Shown one piece after another: positions 18,102 to 29,100 of a DNA stretch of 54,881 bases (position 1 is its first letter; each line of letters opens with the position of its first letter). Source of the DNA: an uncultured virus (IMG/VR IMGVR_UViG_3300006754_000008) (taxonomy: Duplodnaviria; Heunggongvirae; Uroviricota; Caudoviricetes); IMG/VR virus record IMGVR_UViG_3300006754_000008, one strand, 5' to 3'. The notes below the pieces were generated by a model. It was not told the origin of the DNA. It did not search any database and saw nothing but the letters and a program-made list of their open reading frames with translations. Position numbers and translations under genes: made by a program.

Positions 18102-19226
18102 ATGAAAAAAGATATGTTCGGAGAGCCAAGGATATTAAAACTAGGAGACAAAGAAATATTATTTGTAGAAAATAATAAGATGAAGATTGCAAGATCTCCT
18201 GATTATAATTTTAACTTCAATAAAGAAACAGGATTTTTTATGCGTTGGGGAAAAACAATGGATGATGATCCTGATTTTGCTCCTGCTCCTGAAATACTTG
18301 ATATAGAAATTTCAACAATCTGCAATCCAGGAAAAGGCAAAAATGGTGGAGGAGGAGGATGTAGTTTTTGTTATAAATCAAATACTGCTAATGGTATAAA
18401 TATGTCTTTGGAGACATTTAAAACAATTTTTGATAAGATGCCTCCGGTATTAACTCAGATTGCTTTAGGAATTGGTTCGCTTAATACAAATCCAGATCTA
18501 TATAAGATTATGGATTACTGTAGAACTAATGGTAGAACTCAAGTAATTCCAAACATTACTATTAATGGCGCTCAACTAACTGACGAACATGCTGATAAAC
18601 TTGCATCATTAATTGGTGGAATGGCAATATCACATTACGATGATGATATATGTTATAATGCTGTCAAGAAGATGACCGACTTAACAGATAAAAAAATTAA
18701 TATTCATCAGTTATTATCAGAAGAAACTCTTGATGATTGTTATAGAGTTATGAATGATTATCTTAAAGATCCACGTTTAGAAAAACTTGGAAGCGTTGTT
18801 TTTCTCATTATGAAGCCAAAGGGAAAACGTAATAATTTCCATGTGTTACGATCACTAGATAAATATAAGGCCATGATCGAATTTGCTTTTGAAAATAATA
18901 TTCCTATAGGGTTTGATTCTTGTTCTGCTCCATCATTTTTAAAGGTTATTAAGGGATCAGAACGAGAAGATGCTTTGAGCCAAGTTGTAGAAAGTTGTGA
19001 GTCAGATTGTTTTTCTTCATACATAAATACAGAAGGCCGCTATTACCATTGCTCATTTACAGAAAATGAAGATGGCTGGAAAGGAATTGATGTTGTAAAT
19101 TGTGAAGATTTTATTACTGATGTATGGAATTCTCCAGAAGCAAATGATTTTAGAAAGAAATTATATGCTAATGTTGAAAAAGATGGTTGTAGATCTTGTC
19201 CAATTTTCAATTTAGATATGGACTAA
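18102..19226 (+). CDS. Radical SAM protein with SPASM/twitch-like C-terminus
   Basis: Cx12Cx2C (CNPGKGKNGGGGGCSFC), T.NG, C-terminal CES...G..YHCSF...W...CPI. Confidence 0.85.
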   Translation: MKKDMFGEPRILKLGDKEILFVENNKMKIARSPDYNFNFNKETGFFMRWGKTMDDDPDFAPAPEILDIEISTICNPGKGKNGGGGGCSFCYKSNTANGINMSLETFKTIFDKMPPVLTQIALGIGSLNTNPDLYKIMDYCRTNGRTQVIPNITINGAQLTDEHADKLASLIGGMAISHYDDDICYNAVKKMTDLTDKKINIHQLLSEETLDDCYRVMNDYLKDPRLEKLGSVVFLIMKPKGKRNNFHVLRSLDKYKAMIEFAFENNIPIGFDSCSAPSFLKVIKGSEREDALSQVVESCESDCFSSYINTEGRYYHCSFTENEDGWKGIDVVNCEDFITDVWNSPEANDFRKKLYANVEKDGCRSCPIFNLDMD

Positions 19227-19752
19227 GAGCTGATAGTGGAAGATTGAAAAAATGAAAATAATACATTTAACACTATTTTTATTTATAGTCACCTCATCTT
19301 TTTATATATATAGTCTATATAAAGAAAATAATAAAAATAATCAATTATATACAAAAAATGTAAAGCACTTTGTGCATCTTATAATCACACATCGGGTTGG
19401 CTATATGGATACAAATTAAATATGACGCGAACAGTTCCTGTTTGTCATTGTGTGACAAAGAAAAGTAAAATAGATAAATTAATTTTAAATATGGAGTAGA
19501 AAAGTGCTATTTAAATTCCCAGATTGGATGTATTATTATTTAGAATATCTTCCTTCCTGTATTGAAGGTTATCCAATTGATAGAGACAAGCAAAAAGAAG
19601 CGATAGAAAAATATATGAATGTACATCCTGATGACGAAAATTACGAAGAAGATATAACAAGTATTATTCGTCATACGATTAATTTACTAATAGAACTCCA
19701 TGATGGGGGAGAATTAATACCGCCTGGAACCGAATATGTTTAGGAAAATAAA

Positions 19753-20292
19753 ATGACTAATAAATTATGTAAATATTGTAATCAGTTAATTGGGATTGGA
19801 GTAGTAGGTTGTGGAGATGGCAAGTGGGCACATCCTTATTGTTATGAAAAAAATCAACCTACGCGTAAAGCAGAAAATATCCAAGATATTTTTAGTTCTT
19901 TGATGGATCCTGTTCTTGGAAGAAATATTCTAGTTGAATGTCTTAGTCCCATGATTCAAAATGATTTAGTTTCTATTTTTAATACACGTTATGCGGCACA
20001 GCAAAAAAGACGGCTTGCTCAAATGAAAACAGATCACGAAGCTGATTTTACTAAGAGTGAGGTTGCACCTTCCAACGACTTAGTGCTGATGGCAAATGCC
20101 ATTCAAGTCGCAGCAAGAGCCGGATGTGTCCCGCTTCGTCCAGAGGAGTCTGAAGCAGAACTACGTTCTTTCCCCAGTATCCTTTCTGTAGAAGGGGTAA
20201 TACAGCAATTGAAAAAGATGGGAAAGAAACAGGCGGCAGAAAATATGACAGCCCATATTGCGATGCTAGATGAGATAAAGAATGAAAGATAA
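19753..20292 (+). CDS. Hypothetical protein with N-terminal zinc finger
   Basis: CKYC...H..C. Confidence 0.6.
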   Translation: MTNKLCKYCNQLIGIGVVGCGDGKWAHPYCYEKNQPTRKAENIQDIFSSLMDPVLGRNILVECLSPMIQNDLVSIFNTRYAAQQKRRLAQMKTDHEADFTKSEVAPSNDLVLMANAIQVAARAGCVPLRPEESEAELRSFPSILSVEGVIQQLKKMGKKQAAENMTAHIAMLDEIKNER

Positions 20293-20491
20293 TGTGAAGA
20301 ATCTTAAAATAACCAAAGAGTTATATAAGAAATGTATTATTGCAGCAAAAAAATCAAAATATTTATCTATTGACGAATTTGAAAAAATAGTTCCCAGCCA
20401 TTTACGTTATGATGTTGTTTCATTAATGGTCCATAAAAGTGAATTTATAGTTGGGCCAACATCTTATGGAATAAATAATGTCAATAACTAA
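20282..20491 (+). CDS. Hypothetical protein
   Basis: Overlapping co-oriented ORF. Confidence 0.5.
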   Translation: MKDNVKNLKITKELYKKCIIAAKKSKYLSIDEFEKIVPSHLRYDVVSLMVHKSEFIVGPTSYGINNVNN

Positions 20492-20732
20492 GCCAGAACT
20501 AACATCTGATATTTTACGGGGATTACAAGCATTACGTAATCTTGGAGAACATGAATTAGATAATGTTAGCATTACTAAGACATATAAGGAGCTTATTGAG
20601 GCTGCTACTGAATGGATTGATCTAATGTCTGTTTACAAAGCACATAAAAGAGACATGGCTAAATTACAGCCAGGCCTCGATGCTCTAAAAAAAGCTGAGG
20701 AAATAATTGCCAAGGCAGAATCTGATAGTTAA
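20478..20732 (+). CDS. Hypothetical helical protein
   Basis: Overlapping co-oriented ORF. Confidence 0.55.
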   Translation: MSITKPELTSDILRGLQALRNLGEHELDNVSITKTYKELIEAATEWIDLMSVYKAHKRDMAKLQPGLDALKKAEEIIAKAESDS

Positions 20733-20753
20733 AAATTGTAATAGGAGATAAGA

Positions 20754-21566
20754 ATGAGATCGGGGTTACATGATGCGGATTTTATTGAAGAAAGTGGCGA
20801 AGTTATTGGGGTAAATTTCGGATGGGATTTTTGTTCTGAACATGAGTGGGGAATTAAAGATCTCTGTTGTAATTTTGGTATTGATTCTGAGATAAGAAAA
20901 GATAATTTAGGTTTCTTAAATAGAAAGATTACAGTATTTCCAGCTAAGAATTTACATATTTTAAAAGATAAAAATAAAACAATTCTCGTCTATCAAAAGC
21001 ATTATGGCACAATGCCAGATTTTAAATATTTTAAGCGACAAATTTTAAGAGATAATTGTGGATGGAAAGAAGGTATTGCTTGTGCTTGGAGCGAAAAAGA
21101 CTTCGGTATTTTAGTTACAAGCAAAAAAGATAGGGAACATTTATATATTTTATATAATAGTTTTAAAGAAAAAGATATTACAATATTTTGCGCTAGTAAT
21201 TCAAATCCGTTTAGCAATTCTGGATTAACAATTGTATTATATAGTAAAATACCTAAAGAGGCATGTCGTGCGGCAAAAGAAGCTGACCATGACTACTTAC
21301 AATTGCTTAAGGCTTCAGATAAAACAAAGATAATTAAAAAGTTAGATAAATCGATTTCAAAAGACACAAGTTCTTTCTATAAAAAGAATGGATATTATGC
21401 TTGCTCTCCAAGATGGATTAGTAATGAATTAAGTGAAAAATCAAAACATCCAGTAATGTATTGGCTTAATCCTCAGGATCAACAAGGAAACAATTCGGGT
21501 TGGTATACTGTAGAAGAATTAGAACAATGGATAGAAGGAGAAGGACCGGTCATAAAAAATGGTTAA
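20754..21566 (+). CDS. Hypothetical phage protein
   Basis: AGGAG RBS, 270 aa, EHEWGI and WLNP..Q...N.GW.TVE.L motifs. Confidence 0.75.
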   Translation: MRSGLHDADFIEESGEVIGVNFGWDFCSEHEWGIKDLCCNFGIDSEIRKDNLGFLNRKITVFPAKNLHILKDKNKTILVYQKHYGTMPDFKYFKRQILRDNCGWKEGIACAWSEKDFGILVTSKKDREHLYILYNSFKEKDITIFCASNSNPFSNSGLTIVLYSKIPKEACRAAKEADHDYLQLLKASDKTKIIKKLDKSISKDTSSFYKKNGYYACSPRWISNELSEKSKHPVMYWLNPQDQQGNNSGWYTVEELEQWIEGEGPVIKNG

Positions 21567-21909
21567 AGCAATGAAAATTATACAAGTTACCAAAAGAATT
21601 GGTGAATGGCTTGGACCAATTGACTGGTCTTACAATTTTGAGTCACATGACTGGGATCATGGCGGTTCTATAAATCCAGTATGTGTACAAGAAAGCATTA
21701 ATTTTTTATGGAAGTTAGATAGTACTATAGCCCCCATGTTGGCATCAAATTATAGTGGTTGGCCTAAAATTTGGCACAAAGTAATGAAAGTTGGCATGTA
21801 TGATGGCTGGCCATATTGGCGTCCAGTACCATCCATATCAGTGATAGGAACTCTAGGCATAGAGATATTTAGCATGTTCAGCTTAACAGGGATAAGGAGG
21901 AATAAATAG
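21559..21909 (+). CDS. Hypothetical protein
   Basis: Overlapping co-oriented Trp-rich ORF. Confidence 0.6.
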   Translation: MVKAMKIIQVTKRIGEWLGPIDWSYNFESHDWDHGGSINPVCVQESINFLWKLDSTIAPMLASNYSGWPKIWHKVMKVGMYDGWPYWRPVPSISVIGTLGIEIFSMFSLTGIRRNK

Positions 21910-21927
21910 GATGAAAAAGAGTCAAAA

Positions 21928-22920
21928 ATGAAACCGAAAGTTGTTTATATATTTATGGGAATAGTTATATTGGGTTTAGTAATAACCAATATATTATTTT
22001 ATTTCCAGAATGATGATCTTATTGGCAAAATGATAAGTTTTAAGCAAATAACAGAAACTCTTGTTAGGAGTCAAACAGAGATAGTGTCAAAAAAAGATCT
22101 TGACAAGGCTCTAAAGAAATACTTAACAAATAAAGATATTACTATATTAAAAGAAGATTTGAGAAAAATGAACGCTACTCTTGGATCAGTGGGCATCACT
22201 ATAGGAAAATTAGAGCGTAAAGTTAAGTATAACCAAAGAAGTGATAAACAAGGCAAACCAAAAGAGCCAGTTGTTATTTGTAAAGAAGATGGAAGACCAA
22301 TTGATGTTCATGGCTACACAAAGACTTCGCAAATTAAAAAAATAAGAGATAAAAATAATGCCGACTTGGCAGATATTACTTTCGACGCATCTTCTAAAAC
22401 TCCTTGGAGCTATGAAGTATTTCTCAGAAAGTTTTATTTATCGACTATTGTAGGAAAGAAAAAGGACGGAAGTGATATATATTATCATTCGTTAAAATAT
22501 AAAGTACCTAATAAACATAAAGAAAAGTTATTTAATATTCCAATAACTTCATCATCTTATAAACAAAGAATTAATGATAGGCAAATGTTTTGGTGGAACC
22601 CAACAATTGATCTGTCTGTTTCTTTTGGAGGCATTATTTATTCAACAGTTTTTCCCGAAGATTTATTATCAGTTGGTGTAGATTTAGGATTTTCTACATC
22701 ATCTTATGGAAGAACTAAAGCCGACAGCCTATGGAAGTTTTTTAGATTTGGTATTGGATATGATGCCGTACAAAAGTCAGCATTTTTATCTATTGCTCCA
22801 ATATCTTATAATCTTGGAGATCCATTGCCGTTGTTAACAAATCTCTACCTAACACCAAAAATTCATATAGATTATAAGGGAAATATAGCTTTGGGGTTGG
22901 GAATTGGAGTACAATTTTAA
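21928..22920 (+). CDS. Membrane-anchored protein with C-terminal amphipathic beta strands
   Basis: N-terminal TM helix, coiled coil, ends LGLGIGVQF. Confidence 0.7.
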   Translation: MKPKVVYIFMGIVILGLVITNILFYFQNDDLIGKMISFKQITETLVRSQTEIVSKKDLDKALKKYLTNKDITILKEDLRKMNATLGSVGITIGKLERKVKYNQRSDKQGKPKEPVVICKEDGRPIDVHGYTKTSQIKKIRDKNNADLADITFDASSKTPWSYEVFLRKFYLSTIVGKKKDGSDIYYHSLKYKVPNKHKEKLFNIPITSSSYKQRINDRQMFWWNPTIDLSVSFGGIIYSTVFPEDLLSVGVDLGFSTSSYGRTKADSLWKFFRFGIGYDAVQKSAFLSIAPISYNLGDPLPLLTNLYLTPKIHIDYKGNIALGLGIGVQF

Positions 22921-22975
22921 AATATAATTTGACAATTATATTACATCTTATAATATTAAGAAAAGGAGAAGTAAG

Positions 22976-23518
22976 ATGAATACAGAACAGAATATGTTTG
23001 AAGATGTGCTAAATAAAAAAACTGAACAGGATATATTTGAAAAAGCACAAGGCAAATATTCTTCCTATAGTGAATATGGCGTGGAAGAAAAAGACTATCA
23101 TTCATCAATGGATGATGAGAATATGTGGGATGGTAATGATTGTTGCGACCAATGTGGATATTTAGAGTGTGAATGTTGCCCAGATTGTGAGTGTCTAGAT
23201 TGCGAATGTGGATTGGAGACTTGTGATGATTCAATTTTTACACAAATTAGTTCTAATAATGAGCAAGATCTTTTCAATCAGGCAAGTAATCAAAATGATG
23301 AGCAAGATCTTTTCAATCAGGCGAGAGACGAATCCATAGAGGTTGGGCAAGAAGAGTTTGAAAAAGCAGCAAAAATCTCCAAAGTAATTAATGGAGATCA
23401 GACAGCCGAAGAGTTTGCTCAAGAGCGGTTATTGACAGAACAAAATGTTTTCAATAGTTTGAAGAAGAAAATAGAACAAGCTTTATTTGAAACAGTATTA
23501 GAACATACTGTTGATTAA
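22976..23518 (+). CDS. Acidic protein with Cys-rich cluster and EQxLF repeats
   Basis: AAGGAG RBS; CCDQCGYLECECCPDCECLDCEC; 25-nt direct repeat at 23259 and 23298. Confidence 0.75.
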   Translation: MNTEQNMFEDVLNKKTEQDIFEKAQGKYSSYSEYGVEEKDYHSSMDDENMWDGNDCCDQCGYLECECCPDCECLDCECGLETCDDSIFTQISSNNEQDLFNQASNQNDEQDLFNQARDESIEVGQEEFEKAAKISKVINGDQTAEEFAQERLLTEQNVFNSLKKKIEQALFETVLEHTVD

Positions 23519-23562
23519 AACAAGTTTTATTAGAATAATCAAAAAAGGAGAAAGTTATTTCA

Positions 23563-24051
23563 ATGGTTTCAAAAATGAGCACAAATATAGATTCACCAAA
23601 AGTAGAATTCATCAATGCTGAAGGTAAGTCTGAAGGTGTAATTTCAACAGTAAAAGCAAAGCAAATAGCGAATGCTATTGGACTGGATTTGGTAAAAGTT
23701 GGAGAGAATAGGGGCGTACCAGTTTGCAAGCTAATGGATGTTGGCAAATGGAAGTATCAACAAAAAAAGAAAAATAAGAAAAGTGCCAAGGCCAAAACAA
23801 AAATTATTAAATTTTCGCCAAATACTTCTGAGCATGATTTGAGCTATAGGGCTAAACGAGCAGAAAAATTTATGGACTCGGGTTCTAGTGTAAAAATAAT
23901 TGTTAAATTTAGTGGTCGCGAAAAAGAACATATGTTTGAAACAGGGCAAACCATTTTAGATAAGTTTTTCTCTTTCTTCGATTGTACATATAATATAGAA
24001 GAGAACGCACAAAAGCAAGGTAATACGATATCTATGGCGATATCAAGATGA
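23563..24051 (+). CDS. infC: Translation initiation factor IF-3
   Basis: GLDLVKV....PVCKLMD.GKWKY, HDL.Y..K.AEKF...G..VK....FSGRE. Confidence 0.9.
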   Translation: MVSKMSTNIDSPKVEFINAEGKSEGVISTVKAKQIANAIGLDLVKVGENRGVPVCKLMDVGKWKYQQKKKNKKSAKAKTKIIKFSPNTSEHDLSYRAKRAEKFMDSGSSVKIIVKFSGREKEHMFETGQTILDKFFSFFDCTYNIEENAQKQGNTISMAISR

Positions 24052-24554
24052 TTATAAGAAATATAGAAGACCTAAGACAGCCAATTGAATTAGCAAATTT
24101 AGAAGAGGGTTTGGAGATAATAAACCAACTAGAAAAAGAACTTGCTAATGAACATAATGGTATAGGATTGGCAGCACCCCAAATAGGAATTAGAAAAAAA
24201 GTTGCTATAATCAGATTTAAAGATTATAATATTAACTTGATTAATCCGACAATTATTGAACGAAAACGGCCAGTAATTATAAAATCAGAGGGTTGCCTTA
24301 GTCTTCCTGGTATGCTTATAGATACACAAAGATATAAAGAAGTATTTGTAAAAGATTTACAGAAGCCTGAAGGATTTGTCGGCATTGGTGACATTGCTAT
24401 TGTTTTACAGCATGAAATAGACCACTTGGAAGGAATCTTAATTATTGACAGAGGAATCGGAAAAAACAAGGTTAAAAGGAATTCTCCTTGCCCTTGTGGT
24501 TCTGAAATAAATGGAAAGACAGTTAAGTTTAAAAAATGCCACGGCAAAACTTAA
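24048..24554 (+). CDS. def: Peptide deformylase with C-terminal SEC-C motif
   Basis: GIGLAAPQIG, EGCLS, QHEIDHLEG; RNSPCPCGS...KFKKCHG. Confidence 0.95.
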   Translation: MIIRNIEDLRQPIELANLEEGLEIINQLEKELANEHNGIGLAAPQIGIRKKVAIIRFKDYNINLINPTIIERKRPVIIKSEGCLSLPGMLIDTQRYKEVFVKDLQKPEGFVGIGDIAIVLQHEIDHLEGILIIDRGIGKNKVKRNSPCPCGSEINGKTVKFKKCHGKT

Positions 24555-24569
24555 TATTTAAAATAAGTA

Positions 24570-24848
24570 TTGGAAACTAAAATGAAAAAGCAAATTGACA
24601 CAACCAAATATCATTCTACTAAATCTCCCTGCTATTGTCCATGGCCAACAAAATTTTACTGTCCTGTTTCGCCGGAAATTACATGGCATAAGGGATTGGT
24701 ATATAAAGATTGTCCTCTTGCTGAGGATCAAAGAGATATGGCACATTGTGCTGAATGTCACTTAAGGGGCGAGGGAACATTTCGTCTAATCAAAAAAGCA
24801 GAGCGAAAGAGAAAAAGACCATATAATAAAAAGAAGAAGGGGAAGTAA
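24570..24848 (+). CDS. Cys-rich basic hypothetical protein
   Basis: Co-oriented ORF, several Cys. Confidence 0.55.
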   Translation: METKMKKQIDTTKYHSTKSPCYCPWPTKFYCPVSPEITWHKGLVYKDCPLAEDQRDMAHCAECHLRGEGTFRLIKKAERKRKRPYNKKKKGK

Positions 24849-24849
24849 T

Positions 24850-25113
24850 ATGAAAAAACTATTATACTTTTCAGCTAATTGGTGTGGCCCATGTACTGCA
24901 CTTTCTCCAATATTACAAGAAGTTGCTGCCGACTTAGAAGTGCCATTGGAAAAAATAGATATTGATCAAGACGCTGACGAAGGACTTTTAGCAGCAAAAT
25001 ATAACATTCGTGCAATTCCTACTGTTATATTATTTGAAAACGAAAAACCCGTTGACCAATTTATTGGAGCAAAAAATGAATTGGCAATTAGAAATTTTAT
25101 AAAGAGAATTTAA
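24850..25113 (+). CDS. Thioredoxin
   Basis: WCGPC active site, IPT cis-Pro motif. Confidence 0.93.
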   Translation: MKKLLYFSANWCGPCTALSPILQEVAADLEVPLEKIDIDQDADEGLLAAKYNIRAIPTVILFENEKPVDQFIGAKNELAIRNFIKRI

Positions 25114-25640
25114 TGTCCAAAGTAATTTTAATAACTGGCATGTCGGGTGTTGGCAAAACAACACTTTCTAAAGAACTTGAAAAACATTTGCGAAGTCAAT
25201 ATGATTATGATGCCTTATATCTTTTAGATGGCGATGTTACTAGACAAAATCTGTATCCAGAACTAAGATTTTCAAAAGAGGATAGAGAGGAAAATCTAAA
25301 AAGGGCATCTTGGTTAGCAAATTATTTGGCTACCGGCTCTAATAGAGTTATTGTTTTAATGGCCTATATTGCTCCATATCCTGAGATTAGAAAAAATATA
25401 AAAAATACTATTGACTGTGAATATAAAACTATATACTTAAATGCTCCATTAGAAGTTCTTAAGAAGCGAGATCCGAAAGGCTTGTATAAAAAAGCATTAA
25501 ATGGAGAAATTGAAAAATTTACTGGAGTAACAGATCCATATATTCCTCCTCAATTACCAGACTTATCAATAGATACTAGTAAATATTCTATAGAAGAGTG
25601 TGCTTTGACTATAAGAAATTTTGTATTAAAAAAGGAATGA
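25113..25640 (+). CDS. cysC: Adenylyl-sulfate kinase
   Basis: TGMSGVGKTT, LDGD..R, RDPKGLYKKA..GEI..FTG..DPY..P. Confidence 0.93.
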   Translation: MSKVILITGMSGVGKTTLSKELEKHLRSQYDYDALYLLDGDVTRQNLYPELRFSKEDREENLKRASWLANYLATGSNRVIVLMAYIAPYPEIRKNIKNTIDCEYKTIYLNAPLEVLKKRDPKGLYKKALNGEIEKFTGVTDPYIPPQLPDLSIDTSKYSIEECALTIRNFVLKKE

Positions 25641-25641
25641 A

Positions 25642-25890
25642 ATGCCACAATTTAGAGTCATTATAGAAAAAAAGGATCTTTTGACAGTTATCATAGAAGA
25701 TGACACTGTAAAGGATGCCATTAAAACAGCTACTAAGCTCATAGGTAAAAATTATCCAAGTAAGGAAAGCTCTCGGGTAATAGAAGGAAGGGAAGTAAGA
25801 GAATTGCCATTAAGTATTTCTATTATTGGAGCACCTGAGGTATTAGAAAAGACAAAGAAAAAGTTTGTTATTAAAACATCAGGAAATTAA
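25642..25890 (+). CDS. Hypothetical protein
   Basis: AAGGA RBS, co-oriented. Confidence 0.55.
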   Translation: MPQFRVIIEKKDLLTVIIEDDTVKDAIKTATKLIGKNYPSKESSRVIEGREVRELPLSISIIGAPEVLEKTKKKFVIKTSGN

Positions 25891-25902
25891 ATTATAATTG
25901 AG

Positions 25903-26123
25903 TTAGTCAATCACACCCGCATCTTCTTCCATCTTTTTAAGGCGAGTATAATAATCATCAATTTCTTCTAAATGATCCATAGATATCTCCGTCGCAATAC
26001 CAACATCTTCTGTATGTTCTAGTTCGACATTAACACCCATGGCTAACTCATGTGGGTCAAAGTTTTTGTATGATTTATTATCAGCCTTCCCACCTTTTAA
26101 TTGCTCAACATTAATGTTTTTAC
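25903..26123 (-). CDS. DUF5661-like domain; probable frameshifted C-terminus of the 2013-aa protein
   Basis: Frame without its own start: LKGGKAD...FDPHELAMGVNVELEHTED...ATEISMDHLEEIDDYYTRLKKMEE; joins upstream ORF by -1 shift in an A10 run. Confidence 0.7.
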
Positions 26124-29100
26124 TTTTTTTTTTAATCCAGAATATTTTAGAATTTGATTAAAGCGCACACAAGCATCTCTTCCCTTAAATCGATCATGCG
26201 GCTTTGGCATTGGTTCACCTTCAGGTTTAAATTTAACAGTATCAAAATCTAATTTTTCCCACATATAATCTAATTCCGATTCTCCTAGGGCAGTTTTCAT
26301 ATGTCTACACATATTATCAGGATATTTTACATCAATTTCAAAATCAGAAATATCTCTGCCACAATAAGTACATTTTGATAAGCGACCATCATTATTTGTA
26401 TCACAAGTACACTTCTTAACTAGTTTAGTTTTTCCTTGCCAGCAAAGATAGCGTGGTCTTTTTACGGAGTTGGCTTCGCCAATTCTTGGGCCAAAAGGAC
26501 TCTTGCATGTTTGACAGTTTTTTGGAGGCTTGTCATCATCCCACTTAGTCCATTGAAAACAATTATCACATTTAATCATTGGTATGTTGGGAATAATAGC
26601 ACTTTTGCCAAGTTTTGAATCAAGATCTTCTTCACAGATCTCACATATTTTAGGAGGATTTTTGCTATCCCATTCGATCCATTGTTTGCAACTATTGCAT
26701 CGAACCATTGGAATATTGGGAGAATAAACCGAACCCTTTCTTGAATGAAGATCTGTCTTACATCTTGCACATTCTGTTAGTTTATCATGCCAACGAATCC
26801 ATTGTCTACAGTTATCACATTTAATCATTGGAGTATCAGGGACAGTGCTAGGAGCCTTCTTTAATTGATAATTTTCTTTATATACGGCTCCTGTTAGAGG
26901 TATACCACACTTCTCACATTTCTCTTTAGAGAAGAAGCTTAACCCGTCACAGTCAGGCCTGGGACATTTCTTTTTCTTGGGCCTTATTCCATCATTATTT
27001 ATAATATCACTAAAATCAGCGCCACAACTTGAACATTCTTCCGGATATTTTGTCTCTTTACTACCATTAGTTCTTTCTTTACATTTGGGACAAATAACAT
27101 ATATGTCAGGATTTATATCAGCTTTGTGATATTCATAACAAGTAGCTTTTTCAATAGATCCTGACGGTCCAGTAATAAATGAAGTAACAAATATACCACG
27201 AGTTATGACTGCACTGCCATTAGGGTGTTTCTGCGTCCTAGCTCTATACTTTACTAGTTCGCCCAATCTTCTTGCTTCTTTAATAGCTTCAACATCAAGA
27301 ACGTGTTTACAATATGGATTACCTCTTCCCTTAATTTTCTCTTCACTTTCTTGATATTCTTCACAAGGTTTTCCTTCAATGGCCGTACATTTTTCATACT
27401 GTATTTTCTTTGTAGAAAAAACATTTTTTTCAATTGTTTGTTTTATTTCTTTAGTAATATCTTTTTCACAATGTTGACAAACATCAGAATTTAAATCATT
27501 CATTGTTCCACAATCAGAACATTTTTTATTTTCTGTCAATTCACCGCATTGCTGACACTCTTTTGCTCCAGTTGCATATTCTTCACCACAATTTTCGCAC
27601 TCTATATTAAACTCGGGCTTCTTTGGCATCGGCTCATAGTCTTCTCTTAATTTTGCAGGATAAAGTGTTTCCCCCGCGATATTGGTTCTTTCTCTCTCAT
27701 CTGGATCTTCTTCTGCCCTAACTTGATGAAGGCTAGTTGATTTTATATCCCCAGTGAAAGGGTCTTTGCTTGAACATTCTGGCCCTTTACACATTGTCTC
27801 ATTAGCATCATTTTTAAAATGACAAGAGGGGCATCTTTTTATTATTCTAGGAACCGAACAATCTTTGTTAGTACAAAAACTAGAAGTGCCAGGACTTTCA
27901 GTATTACATCGAGGACAAATTTTAATTGTCCCTCTTGTATATCCTGCGATATCAGATCTGTAATCTTTTCTGTCAATAATAAATTTCCTCTCTCTCTCTT
28001 TCTCTTCTTCTCTCGCTCTTTCCTCTTCTCTCGCCCTATCTCTCTCTCTTTTTTCCCTAGCTTCGTCAGATGTCCCAGAAGGATCCTTCTTGCTTTTCTC
28101 TGTTTCTTTCACAACCTCTTTAACGATTTCTTTAACTTCTGGAGCAACTGTCACAGCAGAATCTTCTTTTTCTCCGCGCAATATAGATTGAAGAGCATCT
28201 GATGGAGAATTTTTTTCTTGAGTAAGTCTCTCTATTTCAGATTCTAAAGTTTCCCACTTATCTCTATTAATTTCAATAATAAGTGTCGTTGCCCTATCAA
28301 GCTGTTGAGCATCCAAGTCTGCTATGGGCTGGCCAAATAAAGCACGAGAATGAGCATCAAGCATCATTTCTTGAATTTTTTGTAATTTTTTTACAGTAAC
28401 AGTACACCACTTTTTATATTTTTTAACTTTCTTTTTCCAGCTTTTTTTCTTGGCTTTATCTGCTTTTTCTCCCACAGACTTTTCTCTCTTTTTTAAATAC
28501 TTCTCTTCTTCCATTTTTTCTGGAGACATTTCCCAAGGACTTTTCTCTCTTTCGGGATTAACAGGAGCACTAAAAAATCCGGGCTCTGGCCTTCTGCCGC
28601 GCAATTTTTTCTCCCTCTTTTCCATTTCTTCTTTATAATGCTGCTCTGCGTCTTCGAAATAGTTAGGATCATCATCTTCTTCAGGCTCAGGTTCATCTCT
28701 TAGAATAGTTTTAACGGCATTCTTAATTAGACCGAATCTATCTTGGCCAAACCACGCCTCTTTATCTTTTTTTCTTTTAAAGCTTATTGGTGCTTGGTTT
28801 TCTCGCATTCTCTTCTCCGTTAATTTAAGGGATTTTTGAAGTTTCGTGATCTCTTTTAAATCTCGCTCCCTATCAGCTTTTAAGAACGCTATGTCTTCTT
28901 TAAGTTGTGATAGATAATTTCTTATAAGACCAAATACAGAGATACCATCTTCATTTTTCATTCTTAATCTAGCATTTCTAACAATCAAATTACCTTCGCT
29001 ATCTGTAATATTAGTTCCGTCACCAAATTGTTTTCTTATAAGTTGACGAATTTTATATTGTTCTTTAGGATTTATCAAGTCAAATGTTTTATTAAATGCT

